From NCBI GenBank assembly GCA_002407935.1, contig DHPU01000066.1, positions 1 to 56,927 on the forward strand: DNA of 56,927 nt, given 5' to 3'. This document shows, in pieces, positions 1 through 10,896 of this stretch. The notes under the pieces are model-generated. The model worked only from the letters and a program-made list of their open reading frames with translations. It made no database searches and was not told the origin of the DNA. How positions within the stretch are numbered: the first letter of the stretch is position 1; the number at the start of each line of letters is the position of its first letter. Made by a program: the position numbers and the translations under genes. Source of the DNA: Peptococcaceae bacterium UBA5356 (GTDB lineage: Bacteria > Bacillota > Peptococcia > DRI-13 > DTU073).

Positions 1-41
1 TAATCAGGGTGTCCAGGGTTCGAATCCCTGATGGCCCACCA
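1..41 (+). tRNA. 3' part of a tRNA cut by the window edge. Identity is unresolved; Lys-TTT or a CAT-anticodon tRNA is most likely.
   Basis: Reads TAA|TCAGG|GTGTC|CAGGG-TTCGAAT-CCCTG|ATGGCCC|A|CCA: 3' anticodon stem, variable loop, canonical T-arm, acceptor strand and encoded CCA. Only the third anticodon base (T) lies inside the window. Confidence 0.75.
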
Positions 42-59
42 TTAAATGCCTAGTTGCCT

Positions 60-142
<83 letters not shown>

Positions 143-186
143 TTAATAAAAAGGATGAATATAAATGCTTTACGAAGATAGTATAA

Positions 187-261
187 GCGGAAGTGGCTCA
201 GTGGTAGAGCATCGCCTTGCCAAGGCGAGGGTCGCGGGTTCGAATCCCGTCTTCCGCTCCA
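187..261 (+). tRNA. tRNA-Gly (anticodon GCC)
   Basis: GCGGAAG acceptor, D-arm GCTCAGTGGTAGAGC, anticodon stem TCGCC/GGCGA with loop TTGCCAA, T-arm GCGGGTTCGAATCCCGT, CCA end. Confidence 0.92.
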
Positions 262-405
262 GTTAGTTTAGATGGCTAGTTAAACTAGTCTTTTTTACAT
301 ATATATCTTCTATATCTTTTAGTTTCCTTTATTTTAAATCTGGTTATAATGAGGGTAGCACGTTTTTTGAGATGTTTAATATGGTATTAGGAGGAGAAAT
401 TTCTT

Positions 406-1701
406 ATGAAGGTTACCACGGAAAAATTAGCTAAAAATAAGGTTCAGTTGACAATCGAAATTGCGGAAGAAAAATTTGAAGAGTCTTTGCAAAGGGCTTA
501 CAGAATTGTCATTAAAAAAATTAATATTCCCGGTTTTAGGAAAGGTAAAGCCCCCCGTAAGATTCTGGAACAAATGTATGGCAGAGAAATCTTGTTAGAA
601 GAAGCTTTACAGGATGCAGTTCCCAAGGCATATCAGGAAGCAGTAGAGGAAGCTAAAGCTGAATATACTGTGGTAAGTAATCCGGAATATGAAATGGTGC
701 AGACAGATAAAGGGCAACCGTTTATTTTCAAAGCATCGTTTGAGATTAAACCTGAAGTGCAATTGGGTCAGTATAAAGAATTAGAAATTGACAAATTACC
801 CACTGAAATCAAGGAAGAAGATATTGATGCGGAAATTAACAAAATGCAGCAAAGATATGCTAAGCTTACTGTGGTAGAAGAGGTAGAAGCCATAGAGGGC
901 GATACTGTTACGATCGATTTTGTAGGGAAAATAGATGATGAAGCTTTTGAAGGGGGAACAGGGGAGGACTATCCGCTGGAATTAGGTTCACATACTTTTA
1001 TACCTGGCTTTGAAGAACAGTTAGTTGGGGTAAAAAGTGGGGAAATAAAAGAGGTGTCTGTTACTTTTCCTGCCGAATATCAAGCGGAAAACTTAGCGGG
1101 TCAAGAGGCCATCTTCACGGTTACTGTTAGGGAAATTAAACGTAAAGAACTGGCTCCTCTTGATGATGAGTTTGCTAAAGATGTCTCTGAATTTGCTACT
1201 TTGCAGGAATTAAGAGAGGATATAGCGAATAAATTAAAAGAGGCTGCGGAGAAAAAAGCGGAGTATGAATTGAGAACAGCGGCAGTGCAAAAGGCAGCCG
1301 AAAATGCGGAGGTAGAAATACCCGCAGTTATGATTGAAAATCGTGTTAATCAAATGATTAATGATTTTGCTTATCGTTTGGCACAACAGGGAATTAGTTT
1401 TGAGAAATATTTAGCGAGTACGAACACCCAAATTGAGGATCTCGAAAAATATTATCAAAAAGATGCGGAAACGTTAGTGAAAGCGGATCTTGTTTTGGAG
1501 GAAATCGCCAAAGCAGAAGGAATAAAGGCTACCGAGGAAGATGTTGCTAAGGAAATTAAGAAGGTAGCGGAACATTATAAACAAGAACCGGAGAAGCTAC
1601 GTGAAGTTTTGGAAAAAGAGGGACGGATTTCATCCCTGGAATTTGGTATAATGTTAGATAAAGCGGTAGACTTTATTATTGAACAGGCAAAAGTAAAGTA
1701 A
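406..1701 (+). CDS. tig: Trigger factor (ribosome-associated chaperone / PPIase)
   Basis: 431-aa ORF with an AGGAGG RBS. FKBP-type PPIase core (GDTVTIDFVGKIDDEAFEGG..FIPGFEEQLVG). Conserved position upstream of clpP-clpX. Confidence 0.93.
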   Translation: MKVTTEKLAKNKVQLTIEIAEEKFEESLQRAYRIVIKKINIPGFRKGKAPRKILEQMYGREILLEEALQDAVPKAYQEAVEEAKAEYTVVSNPEYEMVQTDKGQPFIFKASFEIKPEVQLGQYKELEIDKLPTEIKEEDIDAEINKMQQRYAKLTVVEEVEAIEGDTVTIDFVGKIDDEAFEGGTGEDYPLELGSHTFIPGFEEQLVGVKSGEIKEVSVTFPAEYQAENLAGQEAIFTVTVREIKRKELAPLDDEFAKDVSEFATLQELREDIANKLKEAAEKKAEYELRTAAVQKAAENAEVEIPAVMIENRVNQMINDFAYRLAQQGISFEKYLASTNTQIEDLEKYYQKDAETLVKADLVLEEIAKAEGIKATEEDVAKEIKKVAEHYKQEPEKLREVLEKEGRISSLEFGIMLDKAVDFIIEQAKVK

Positions 1702-1736
1702 GTGTTATTTCCTGTAAAAAAGGAGGTAAATAAAGT

Positions 1737-2336
1737 ATGAGTACTCTTGTTCCTATGGTTGTAGAGCAAACTAATCGTGGTGAAAGAGCTTATGATATTT
1801 ATTCGCGGTTACTGAAGGATCGAATCATTTTTTTAGGTACAGTCGTTGATGATTATGTGGCCAATTTGGTTATCGCGCAGATGCTCTTTTTGTATGCTGA
1901 AGACCCTGATAAAGATATTTCATTGTATATTAATAGTCCTGGTGGTTCCATTACAGCAGGAATGGCTATTTATGATACAATGCAATATATTAGAGCTGAT
2001 GTCTCGACTATTTGCGTGGGGTTGGCAGCTTCAATGGGTGCGTTCCTTTTGGCAGCAGGTACGAAGGGGAAACGCTTTGCCTTGCCTAATGCCGAAATTA
2101 TGATTCATCAACCTTCGGGAGGAGCGACAGGGCAAGCTACTGATATTGAAATACACGCGAAAAGGATTATCCATATCAAGGAGAAGCTGAACAAAATTTT
2201 AGCAAATAATACCGGGCAATCTCTTGAGCGTATTCGGGAGGACACCGAACGGGATCGTTTTATGGACAGTGAGGAAGCAAAGGAATATGGGCTTATTGAT
2301 GATCTGCTGTTAAGGATACCTCAGAACCCTAAATAA
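1737..2336 (+). CDS. clpP: ATP-dependent Clp protease proteolytic subunit
   Basis: ClpP signatures [11 protein letters not shown] (Ser) and IMIHQPSGG (His). 199 aa. Confidence 0.95.
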   Translation: MSTLVPMVVEQTNRGERAYDIYSRLLKDRIIFLGTVVDDYVANLVIAQMLFLYAEDPDKDISLYINSPGGSITAGMAIYDTMQYIRADVSTICVGLAASMGAFLLAAGTKGKRFALPNAEIMIHQPSGGATGQATDIEIHAKRIIHIKEKLNKILANNTGQSLERIREDTERDRFMDSEEAKEYGLIDDLLLRIPQNPK

Positions 2337-2356
2337 ACTAGGTTAGAGGTGAAATT

Positions 2357-3619
2357 ATGTATAAATTTGGAGACGAAAAAGGACAACTTAAATGTTCGTT
2401 TTGTGGTAAAATACAGGATCAGGTTAAGAAATTGGTAGCTGGTCCGGGTGTTTATATTTGTGATGAATGTATTGAGTTATGTAATGAAATAATTGAAGAA
2501 GAACTCATGGAAGAAAATGAGTTGGAGCTGGGGGATCTTCCTAAACCTAAGGAAATTAAAGCTTTTCTTGATCAGTATGTGATAGGGCAGGAGGATGCCA
2601 AAAAGACTTTAGCGGTAGCTGTTTACAATCATTATAAAAGGGTTAATTTAGGTTCTCGCATTGATGATGTTGAGCTGCAGAAGAGTAATATCGTGATGCT
2701 GGGTCCTACCGGAAGTGGGAAAACTCTTTTAGCTCAGACTCTAGCTCGCATCTTGAATGTTCCTTTTGCGATAGCCGATGCCACTTCTCTTACTGAGGCC
2801 GGATATGTAGGTGAAGATGTTGAGAATATTTTACTCAAACTTATTCAGGCTGCAGACTATGATGTTGAAAAAGCAGAAAGAGGCATTATTTACATTGATG
2901 AAATTGATAAAATTGCCCGTAAATCAGAAAACCCCTCCATTACACGGGATGTTTCCGGTGAAGGGGTGCAGCAAGCACTTTTAAAGATTTTAGAGGGTAC
3001 CGTAGCTAGTGTGCCACCTCAGGGGGGGCGCAAGCATCCTCATCAGGAATTTATTCAGTTGGATACTTCCAATGTACTTTTTATCTGTGGTGGCGCTTTC
3101 CAGGGTATCGAGAGTATTATTCAAAACCGCATCGGGGAAAAGGTAATGGGTTTTGGTGCGGAGGTAACAGGCAAACGGGATCTTAAGGTAGGAGAGTATC
3201 TCAAACAAATTATGCCCGGGGATCTGCTGAAATATGGTTTGATTCCGGAATTTGTAGGACGTCTGCCGATTACAGTTACCTTGGATGCTTTGGATGAAGA
3301 GGCTTTGGTGACGATTCTTAATGAGCCGAAAAATGCCTTGGTAAAACAATACCAGAAGTTATTTGAACTAGATAATGTTACCTTAGAGTTTAAACCGGAA
3401 GCACTTACGGCCATTGCGCAAGAGGCGATTAAGCGCAATACGGGAGCACGTGGGTTAAGGTCTATCGTCGAAGATTTAATGAAGAATGTGATGTATGAAA
3501 TTCCTTCGCGGCTAGATATTCATAAGTGTATTGTGACGAAGGAAGCGGTCATCAACAAGGAAGAGCTTTTATTGGTAACAACGAGTGAACGTAAGAAGAA
3601 AAAAGAAGAAAGTGCCTAA
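2357..3619 (+). CDS. clpX: ATP-dependent Clp protease ATP-binding subunit ClpX
   Basis: N-terminal C4 zinc finger (CSFCGK..CDEC), Walker A GPTGSGKT, Walker [10 protein letters not shown], sensor GARGLR. Confidence 0.95.
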   Translation: MYKFGDEKGQLKCSFCGKIQDQVKKLVAGPGVYICDECIELCNEIIEEELMEENELELGDLPKPKEIKAFLDQYVIGQEDAKKTLAVAVYNHYKRVNLGSRIDDVELQKSNIVMLGPTGSGKTLLAQTLARILNVPFAIADATSLTEAGYVGEDVENILLKLIQAADYDVEKAERGIIYIDEIDKIARKSENPSITRDVSGEGVQQALLKILEGTVASVPPQGGRKHPHQEFIQLDTSNVLFICGGAFQGIESIIQNRIGEKVMGFGAEVTGKRDLKVGEYLKQIMPGDLLKYGLIPEFVGRLPITVTLDALDEEALVTILNEPKNALVKQYQKLFELDNVTLEFKPEALTAIAQEAIKRNTGARGLRSIVEDLMKNVMYEIPSRLDIHKCIVTKEAVINKEELLLVTTSERKKKKEESA

Positions 3620-3678
3620 TGAACAACAGGGCATGACAAGGCATAAAATATGCATAAGTGGATGGAAAGAATAATTAA

Positions 3679-3702
3679 TAGCCAGGCAAATTTGCCTGGC
3701 TA
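3679..3702. terminator. Bidirectional hairpin between convergent clpX and the SASP gene
   Basis: TAGCCAGGCA-AAT-TTGCCTGGCTA is a perfect stem. It is flanked by an A/T-rich run on one side and TTTTTT shortly after on the other. Confidence 0.7.
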
Positions 3703-3728
3703 TTAAGCTTTTTTAAGCTTGGAGGAGA

Positions 3729-3905
3729 TTAGCTTGTACCAAGACTTCTTTCCGCGATTTCAATGGCTTTTCGCACCATAGAGCCACAATTACGGGAAGA
3801 GACGTTACCAAAGTCACCATCCGTCTGAAGGCGATCAAAAAAGCCCAGCTCTTTTGCACATTCCATCTTCAGGGCATCGGACATGATACTGCGTCGTCTG
3901 GCCAT
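3729..3905 (-). CDS. Alpha/beta-type small acid-soluble spore protein (58 aa, below the ORF-track cutoff)
   Basis: My translation is MARRRSIMSDALKMECAKELGFFDRLQTDGDFGNVSSRNCGSMVRKAIEIAERSLGTS. It matches the two conserved SASP blocks (K.E.A.ELG and SR.(N)G..V+..IE.AE..L). An RBS GAGGGGG lies 7 nt upstream of the ATG. Confidence 0.75.
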   Translation of the reverse strand: MARRRSIMSDALKMECAKELGFFDRLQTDGDFGNVSSRNCGSMVRKAIEIAERSLGTS

Positions 3906-4041
3906 CTTAAAACCCCCTCTATGATTTTAATGGAGCCAGGTATAGTTTCTCCAAATTAAGCATCTTTCTTGCAAGGATAAAAAGGATGTTAATGGGTCAA
4001 GATATGCTTAAGAAGAGAAGTCGGGAAGGGGAAAATAGAAG

Positions 4042-5769
4042 ATGGAGTCCTCTGGATTTGGCGGCCTTTTTAATATTATTCAAATATTTTTTATTGCTGT
4101 GGTAGGAATTTATTTTTTAAATTTGTTGAGAGGACAGCAGGGAAGTAAGGTAGTGGTGGGACGTGAGTCGAGAAGAGAAATTGAAAAGCTGGAAAAAATG
4201 CGGCAGATTAAGCTTAGCGAACCGCTTTCGGAAAGGACGAGACCGCATAACTTTACAGAGATTATCGGACAAGAGGAAGGATGTAAGGCGCTTAGAGCAG
4301 CACTTTGTGGACCTAATCCGCAGCATATTATTGTTTACGGTCCTCCTGGGGTAGGAAAAACCGCTGCTGCTAGGCTAGTACTGGAAGAGGCTAAAAAGAA
4401 CAAGCTTTCTCCTTTTAAGAAGGATGCCAAGTTTATCGAGGTTGACGGTGCTACTTCGCGTTTTGATGAAAGGGGTATTGCGGATCCCTTGATCGGTTCT
4501 GTGCATGACCCTATTTATCAAGGCGCTGGTGCGATGGGGATGGCTGGCATACCTCAACCTAAACCGGGAGCTGTTACGAAAGCCCATGGAGGGGTTCTTT
4601 TTATTGATGAAATTGGGGAGCTTCATCCCATTCAAATTAATAAACTGCTGAAAATCCTCGAAGACCGCAAGGTGATGCTGGAAAGTGTTTATTATTCCAC
4701 CGAAGATACGAATATCCCCAGTTATATTCATGATATTTTCCAAAATGGACTTCCGGCTGATTTCCGTTTAATTGGCGCTACAACCCGTTTGCCTCAGGAG
4801 ATCCCTGCGGCGATTCGTTCTCGTTGCGTCGAGGTTTATTTTCGTGGTCTGACGCCGGAAGAAATAAAGGTTATTGGCAAAAATGCGGCACTAAAGTTGA
4901 GCTTGCCGATTCAGGAGAACGCTTTGCGGGTTTTACAAAAATATGCTACTAACGGGCGTGAAGCGGTCAATATCATTCAGATAGCGGCGGGAATTGTCTC
5001 GAATAATAACCGGCGAGAAATAACGTCTGCGGATATTGAATGGGTTGTCCAAAGTGGTCATTACACTCCCCGTCCTGAAAAAAAGATTGCGGCAGAACCG
5101 CAGATCGGGGTGGTTAATGGTCTGGCAGTATATGGAGCCAACATGGGGATGCTCTTAGAAATTGAGGTCTCCGTTTTACCTGCGGCGAAAGAGCGTGGGC
5201 AGGTAATCATTACGGGGATTGTAGAAGAAGAGGAAATGCAGGGGATGGGTGGTCATACGATGAGACGCAAGAGTATGGCTAAAGGTTCGGTGGAAAACGT
5301 ACTTACAGTTTTACGGAGTAATTTAAAGTTGGATTGCCAAAAATTTGATATCCACGTGAATTTTCCGGGGGGAATACCTACTGACGGGCCTTCAGCAGGA
5401 GTAGCCATTGCTACCGCTATTTATTCGGCGATACGGAAAATACCGATAGATAATAAAGTAGCCATGACTGGGGAACTATCGGTGAGGGGCTATGTTAAAC
5501 CGATTGGAGGCGTTGTAGCCAAAGTAAATGCAGCAAGGCAGGCTGGGGCTGAGCGGGTCTTAATACCGAAGGAAAATTGGCAATCTATTTTCGCGGAAAT
5601 TAAAGATATCGAAATTATTCCGGTGGAAAAATTAGAAGAGGTTTTGCAGAGGACGTTGCTTTTTCTTGCCAGAGCTAGGGCAGGAGAAAAAACACAGTGC
5701 CAGATTCCAGGTGAAGATAGTAGGCTGGTAAATCTCAATTTTTGGAATAAGGACTTACCCTTTAGCTGA
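4042..5769 (+). CDS. lonB: LonB-type membrane-anchored Lon protease
   Basis: N-terminal TM helix, Walker [21 protein letters not shown], Lon proteolytic domain with DGPSAGVAIA (Ser) and the downstream Lys (GGVVAKVNAA). Same position as B. subtilis lonB, between clpX and lonA. Confidence 0.88.
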   Translation: MESSGFGGLFNIIQIFFIAVVGIYFLNLLRGQQGSKVVVGRESRREIEKLEKMRQIKLSEPLSERTRPHNFTEIIGQEEGCKALRAALCGPNPQHIIVYGPPGVGKTAAARLVLEEAKKNKLSPFKKDAKFIEVDGATSRFDERGIADPLIGSVHDPIYQGAGAMGMAGIPQPKPGAVTKAHGGVLFIDEIGELHPIQINKLLKILEDRKVMLESVYYSTEDTNIPSYIHDIFQNGLPADFRLIGATTRLPQEIPAAIRSRCVEVYFRGLTPEEIKVIGKNAALKLSLPIQENALRVLQKYATNGREAVNIIQIAAGIVSNNNRREITSADIEWVVQSGHYTPRPEKKIAAEPQIGVVNGLAVYGANMGMLLEIEVSVLPAAKERGQVIITGIVEEEEMQGMGGHTMRRKSMAKGSVENVLTVLRSNLKLDCQKFDIHVNFPGGIPTDGPSAGVAIATAIYSAIRKIPIDNKVAMTGELSVRGYVKPIGGVVAKVNAARQAGAERVLIPKENWQSIFAEIKDIEIIPVEKLEEVLQRTLLFLARARAGEKTQCQIPGEDSRLVNLNFWNKDLPFS

Positions 5770-5839
5770 TTTTATGATAAAATCTTCCTTGGATTGGTAA
5801 ACAAAAAAATTTTTAGATAATCAAGGGAGGTTAGTATTA

Positions 5840-8170
5840 ATGGGAGAAAGTCCAGTGCAAAAGGCACGCGTTTTACCACTTCTTCCTTTACGCGGGATAA
5901 TGGTTTTTCCATATATGGTTATTCATTTAGATGTGGGAAGGGAAAAGTCGATCAAAGCCTTAGAAGAAGCTATGATTCAAGATAGAGAAATTTTCTTAGC
6001 TACCCAGCAAGATGCGCAAACGGATGATCCGATTAGTAAGGAAATTTATACAGTGGGAACTATTGCGGAGATTAAACAGCTGCTTAAGCTGCCTGGCGGA
6101 ACGAGCAGGGTTTTAGTGGAAGGTTTGCGCCGTGGGAAAATTTTGGAATATGTGGAAGAGGAACCGTTTTATAAGGTAAAGGTTAGGGAATTTGAAGATC
6201 AAGAGGAAAAAACACCGGAAATAGAAGCACTGATGCGTAATCTTGTTTTTCAATTTGAACAGTATGTGAAGCTTAGTAAAAAGATTACTCCGGAAACAGT
6301 AATTGCGATTGTAACAATAGAGGATCCCTATCGTCTGGCGGATTTAATTGCGACACATCTTACTTTAAAAATACCGGAAAAACAAGCAGTTTTAGAAGCT
6401 ATTGAGATAAAACAGCGTTTGGAAAAACTTTGCGAGATTATTGCTAATGAAATAGAGATCTTGGAATTGGAACGGCGGATTAATCTGCGGGTTCGTAAGC
6501 AGATGGAAAAGACCCAAAAGGAATATTATTTAAGAGAACAAATGAAGGCGATTCAAAAAGAATTAGGGGAACGGGACGAGCGGGGAACGGAAATTGAGGA
6601 GTATCGTCAAAAGATTAAAGAAGCCCAGCTTCCTCCTGATGCCGCCGAAAAAGCACTCAAGGAGGTTGGGCGTCTAGAAAAGATGCCGCCGATGGTAGCA
6701 GAATCAGCGGTGATCAGAGGTTATTTAGATTGGCTGCTGGATATTCCTTGGAATAAACAGACGGAAGATAATATTGATATCAAGGCAGCTGAAAATATTC
6801 TGAATGAGGATCATTATGGTTTAAGTAAAGCCAAAGAACGTATTTTGGAGTATTTAGCAGTACGCAAATTAACAGAAAAGATTAAAGGACCCATCATCTG
6901 TTTTGTTGGTCCTCCAGGCGTAGGCAAAACGTCGTTGGCGAAGTCTGTAGCCAGAGCTTTGGGAAGAAAGTTTGTCCGGATGTCCTTAGGCGGGGTAAGG
7001 GATGAAGCGGAAATCCGCGGTCATCGCCGTACTTATGTAGGGGCCATGCCGGGTCGGATTGTGCAAGGATTAAAAAATGCCGGAACGAAAAATCCGGTCT
7101 TCCTCTTGGATGAAGTGGATAAAATGAGTATGGATTTCCGGGGTGATCCTTCTGCTGCTTTGCTTGAAGTATTAGACCCTGAACAGAATAGTACTTTTAG
7201 TGATCATTATATTGAAACCCCGGTAGACTTATCCCATGTTCTTTTTATTACGACCGCGAATGTGGCTTATAATATACCGCGGCCGCTTTTAGACAGGATG
7301 GAAATTATCTCTATTTCCAGTTATACAGAGGAGGAAAAGCTGCAAATTGCTAAAAAGTATTTATTACCGCGGCAGATTAAAGAAAATGGCTTGCAAAAGG
7401 CCCAAATCGGGCTGGCGGAGAATACTATTTTGCAGATTATCCGTCATTATACAAGGGAAACCGGAGTAAGGAGCCTGGAACGGGAATTAGCCGGCGTTTG
7501 TCGTAAGGCGGCGAAAATAATTGCCGAAGGATCGCAAAAAAAAGTAACAATTATGCCCCATAATCTCGAAAAACATTTGGGCATACCTCGTTATCATTAT
7601 GGTGTTTCCGAAAAGGAAAGTCTGGTAGGGGTGGTGACAGGTTTAGCTTGGACTGAAGTAGGAGGAGAAGTGTTAAGTATTGAGGTTGCTCTTTTGCCGG
7701 GTAAGGGCAAGCTAATTCTTACCGGTAAACTGGGAGATGTGATGAAGGAATCGGCCCAAACCGGATATACCTATATCAGGTCGCTGATCAATGACTTAGG
7801 AATTGAAGAAGATTTCCATGAAAAATATGATATACACATTCATATCCCTGAAGGGGCAATTCCCAAGGACGGGCCTTCAGCTGGGATCACCATGGCCACA
7901 GCACTGGCCTCGGCACTTAGTAATCGAAAGGTGAAAAGTAATGTAGCCATGACCGGAGAAATTACGTTAAGAGGACGGGTTCTTCCGGTAGGAGGAATAA
8001 AAGAAAAGGTGCTGGCTGCTCATCGGGCGGGAAGCAAAATTATTATTTTACCTTTAGAAAACAAAAAGGATTTAGAGGAGATTCCGGATAATATTAAGAA
8101 AAATTTAGAGTTTGTGCTAGTAGAGCAGATGGAGGAAGTATTAAAAACTGCATTGGAGAAGAAGCACTAA
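5840..8170 (+). CDS. lon: ATP-dependent protease Lon (LonA)
   Basis: LON N-domain ([16 protein letters not shown]), Walker [10 protein letters not shown], catalytic [15 protein letters not shown]. 776 aa. Confidence 0.95.
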   Translation: MGESPVQKARVLPLLPLRGIMVFPYMVIHLDVGREKSIKALEEAMIQDREIFLATQQDAQTDDPISKEIYTVGTIAEIKQLLKLPGGTSRVLVEGLRRGKILEYVEEEPFYKVKVREFEDQEEKTPEIEALMRNLVFQFEQYVKLSKKITPETVIAIVTIEDPYRLADLIATHLTLKIPEKQAVLEAIEIKQRLEKLCEIIANEIEILELERRINLRVRKQMEKTQKEYYLREQMKAIQKELGERDERGTEIEEYRQKIKEAQLPPDAAEKALKEVGRLEKMPPMVAESAVIRGYLDWLLDIPWNKQTEDNIDIKAAENILNEDHYGLSKAKERILEYLAVRKLTEKIKGPIICFVGPPGVGKTSLAKSVARALGRKFVRMSLGGVRDEAEIRGHRRTYVGAMPGRIVQGLKNAGTKNPVFLLDEVDKMSMDFRGDPSAALLEVLDPEQNSTFSDHYIETPVDLSHVLFITTANVAYNIPRPLLDRMEIISISSYTEEEKLQIAKKYLLPRQIKENGLQKAQIGLAENTILQIIRHYTRETGVRSLERELAGVCRKAAKIIAEGSQKKVTIMPHNLEKHLGIPRYHYGVSEKESLVGVVTGLAWTEVGGEVLSIEVALLPGKGKLILTGKLGDVMKESAQTGYTYIRSLINDLGIEEDFHEKYDIHIHIPEGAIPKDGPSAGITMATALASALSNRKVKSNVAMTGEITLRGRVLPVGGIKEKVLAAHRAGSKIIILPLENKKDLEEIPDNIKKNLEFVLVEQMEEVLKTALEKKH

Positions 8171-8760
8171 TGAAAATAATACAAGCGGAATATACGTTAA
8201 GTGCGGTTAATCCTCGTCAATATCCGCAGTTAGACCAGCCCGAGATTGCGTTGGTGGGGAGATCCAATGTGGGAAAATCCTCTTTTCTTAATAAATTTTT
8301 AAACCGCAGAAATTTAGCCCGTACCAGCAGTACTCCTGGTAAAACCCAAACCCTAAATTTTTATCAGATTAATGAAACCTGGTATTTCGTTGATTTACCG
8401 GGTTACGGTTTTGCCCGAGTTTCTCTAGGAACTCAATCGAGTTGGGGGCGCTTTATTGAGGAGTATTTACATAAGCGACAGCAATTAGTGGGAATTATCC
8501 AGGTCGTGGATATCCGGCATGCCCCTTCCAAGGATGATTTGCTGATGCAGGAGTGGCTTGCTCACCGGGGATTACCTTATTTAGTAGCAGTAACCAAGGC
8601 GGATAAAATATCGCGCGGTCAGTATTTTAAACAGCTTAATTTAGTAAAAGAGCAGCTAAGGATTCCGCCTGAAATTCCCGTGATTGCTTGTTCTGCCCAG
8701 AGCGGGGAGGGAATAGAGTCAGTAGCGGACTGGGTGGAAGGCTTATTGAAGGTTTATTAA
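8170..8760 (+). CDS. engB: Ribosome-biogenesis GTPase EngB/YsxC
   Basis: G1 motif GRSNVGKSS, G3 motif DLPGYG, G4 motif TKADK. The start overlaps the lon stop codon. Confidence 0.92.
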   Translation: MKIIQAEYTLSAVNPRQYPQLDQPEIALVGRSNVGKSSFLNKFLNRRNLARTSSTPGKTQTLNFYQINETWYFVDLPGYGFARVSLGTQSSWGRFIEEYLHKRQQLVGIIQVVDIRHAPSKDDLLMQEWLAHRGLPYLVAVTKADKISRGQYFKQLNLVKEQLRIPPEIPVIACSAQSGEGIESVADWVEGLLKVY

Positions 8761-8820
8761 GGGAGCTTAATTAAAGCAGAGGGGTTTTATAAAGGGTTTG
8801 GTGAAGCCCTTGTGAAATCC

Positions 8821-8875
8821 TTGTCGCAAAAGCGACAATCTACAACTTGACTATAAGTTGTAGGAGTAGTATGAT
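8821..8875 (+). promoter_or_regulatory. opuA promoter region: hairpin, a 9-bp inverted repeat overlapping the -35, and a -10 box
   Basis: Hairpin TTGTCGC-AAAA-GCGACAA (8821-8838). Inverted repeat CTACAACTT-N6-AAGTTGTAG (8840-8863). TTGACT (8847-8852), 17 nt, TATGAT (8870-8875). Confidence 0.55.
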
Positions 8876-8909
8876 GTACCTAATAAAAAAATAGACAGGT
8901 GGTTTTAAT

Positions 8910-9944
8910 ATGTTTTTACAAAAGAACAAAAAGAAATTAATGCTGATTGTTCTAGCAATATTATTAACAGTAGTAATGGTTTTCAGTACGGCTTGCTCCT
9001 CTAAGGAAGATGCTGTATCGAAAAAAGGATCGACAAAAGAAAAGCTGGTTTTTGCCGATGCGGGTTGGGATAGCATCAAAATTCATAATGAAGTAGCCCG
9101 GTTGATTGTGGAAAGTGGCTATGGTTATGAGACTGATGTGATACCGGGTACCACCGCTGTTACATTGGAAGGTTTGAAGCGAGGGGATATTGATATTTTC
9201 ATGGAAATCTGGACAGATAATATCCAGACATATCCTGAGGCGATTAGTAATGGCGACATCTTGGAGGTATCACTTAATTTTGGGGATAATCGGCAGGGTT
9301 TTTATGTGCCTACTTATGTAATTAAAGGGGATCCGGAGAAAGGGCTTAAACCGTTGGCGCCTGATTTGCAGTCAACCACGGATCTTCCTAAATATTGGGA
9401 AATATTCCGCGACCCTGAGGATAAAAAGAAAGGACGAATTTATGGAGCTATTCCGGATTGGGCAGCAGATGAAATTGTTAGTCAAAAAGTCAAAAATTAT
9501 GGCTTGGATAAGGAATACAATCTGTTTAGACCTGGTTCCGGTACGGCACTTTCCACTTCTCTAGTAAAAGCTTTGGAAAAGGGCGAACCATGGCTCGGTT
9601 ATTACTGGGAGCCGGAGTGGATTACGGGTAAATATGATCTGACCTTAATTGAAGAGCCCGATTTTGAGCAAGCCAAATGGCAAAATGGTTATGTCTGTGC
9701 TTTTCCTTCTGTGCCCGTAACAGTTTGTGTTAATAAGGATTTACCCCAAAAGGCACCGGAAGTGGTGGACTTTCTAAAAAACTATCAAACCAGTACTGCT
9801 TTAACTAATGCGGCGTTAGCCTATATGGAAGAAAACAATGCGAGCCCGAGGGAAGCAGCTCAATGGTTTCTGAAAAACAACAAGGAACTTTGGACGCAAT
9901 GGGTTTCAGTAGACGTAGCGGAAAAAGTGGCAGCAGCACTTTAG
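8910..9944 (+). CDS. opuAC: Glycine betaine/proline betaine ABC transporter substrate-binding lipoprotein
   Basis: Signal peptide with lipobox (FSTAC). OpuAC/ProX-like core (FADAGWDSIKIHNEVARLIVE..GYYWEPEW). Followed by permease and ATPase genes. Confidence 0.85.
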   Translation: MFLQKNKKKLMLIVLAILLTVVMVFSTACSSKEDAVSKKGSTKEKLVFADAGWDSIKIHNEVARLIVESGYGYETDVIPGTTAVTLEGLKRGDIDIFMEIWTDNIQTYPEAISNGDILEVSLNFGDNRQGFYVPTYVIKGDPEKGLKPLAPDLQSTTDLPKYWEIFRDPEDKKKGRIYGAIPDWAADEIVSQKVKNYGLDKEYNLFRPGSGTALSTSLVKALEKGEPWLGYYWEPEWITGKYDLTLIEEPDFEQAKWQNGYVCAFPSVPVTVCVNKDLPQKAPEVVDFLKNYQTSTALTNAALAYMEENNASPREAAQWFLKNNKELWTQWVSVDVAEKVAAAL

Positions 9945-10001
9945 AACAAATGCTGTAATAGCAATTTTGCAATAATAAAGGAGTAGAGTGAGGAGTTATA
10001 T

Positions 10002-10856
10002 ATGCAGGACTTTCCGGAATTTATTAGTTTTAAGTGTGGTATTTATATTGAAGTATTTGTAAAGTGGCTTTTAGACAATTTTATGGGTTTTTTTGATGTG
10101 CTTAACGAGGGCGTTCTAATGTTTTTGCTTAAAGCAGAGGCGTTTTTACTGTGGTTACCCTGGTGGTGCTTAGTATTATTGGTTTTTTTGCTGGGTTGGA
10201 GATTTAGAAATTTGAGGGCGGGAATTTTATATGCTTTTCTGCTTTCCTTAATTGGTGTCTTTGGTCTTTGGCAGCTTACCATGTCTACTTTAGCGATTGT
10301 TTTGACTTCCGTAGTAATTTCTTTACTGCTGGGGATACCGGTGGGAATTTTGATGTCTCACCATGCTAAACTTGAAGTTGTAATCAAGCCAATTTTAGAT
10401 GCGATGCAGACGATGCCCAGTTTTGTTTATTTGATTCCGGCAATCATGTTTTTTGGCTTAGGGATGGTACCGGCGGTTTTTGCTACGGTTATCTATGCAC
10501 TACCTCCTGTAATTAGATTAACTAATCTGGGGATTAAGAACGTACCGAAAGAAATGGTTGAAGCGTCCTATTCTTTTGGGTCTTCCTCCTGGCAGACGCT
10601 GCTTAAAGTACAGCTTCCGCAGGCCTTGCCTACCATTATGACGGGTATTAATCAAACAACAATGATGGCTCTTTCTATGGTGGTTGTTGCTTCGATGATT
10701 GGCGCGAAGGGTTTGGGGTATGAAGTTTTGGCAGGTATTAGCCGGATTGAGATTGCGAGGGCTTTTGATGCAGGTTTGAGTATTGTTATTTTGGCGGTTA
10801 TTATTGACAGAATTTCGCAAGGAATTGCCGATAAGTATAAAATACCGGAACAATGA
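10002..10856 (+). CDS. opuAB: Betaine ABC transporter permease
   Basis: Polytopic protein. BPD-transporter EAA-like segment (VEASYSFGSSSWQTLLKVQLPQALPTIMTG). Confidence 0.85.
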   Translation: MQDFPEFISFKCGIYIEVFVKWLLDNFMGFFDVLNEGVLMFLLKAEAFLLWLPWWCLVLLVFLLGWRFRNLRAGILYAFLLSLIGVFGLWQLTMSTLAIVLTSVVISLLLGIPVGILMSHHAKLEVVIKPILDAMQTMPSFVYLIPAIMFFGLGMVPAVFATVIYALPPVIRLTNLGIKNVPKEMVEASYSFGSSSWQTLLKVQLPQALPTIMTGINQTTMMALSMVVVASMIGAKGLGYEVLAGISRIEIARAFDAGLSIVILAVIIDRISQGIADKYKIPEQ

Positions 10857-10896
10857 ATGTAAGAAAAAAGATAATTTGATTGAGTGGGTGTATAGG

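Noticed and set aside
10783-10896. Upstream extension of opuAA overlapping opuAB by 74 nt.
   Set aside because: ABC ATPase homology starts at MTVKIKVENL (10897). The extension is the alternative frame of the opuAB 3' end.
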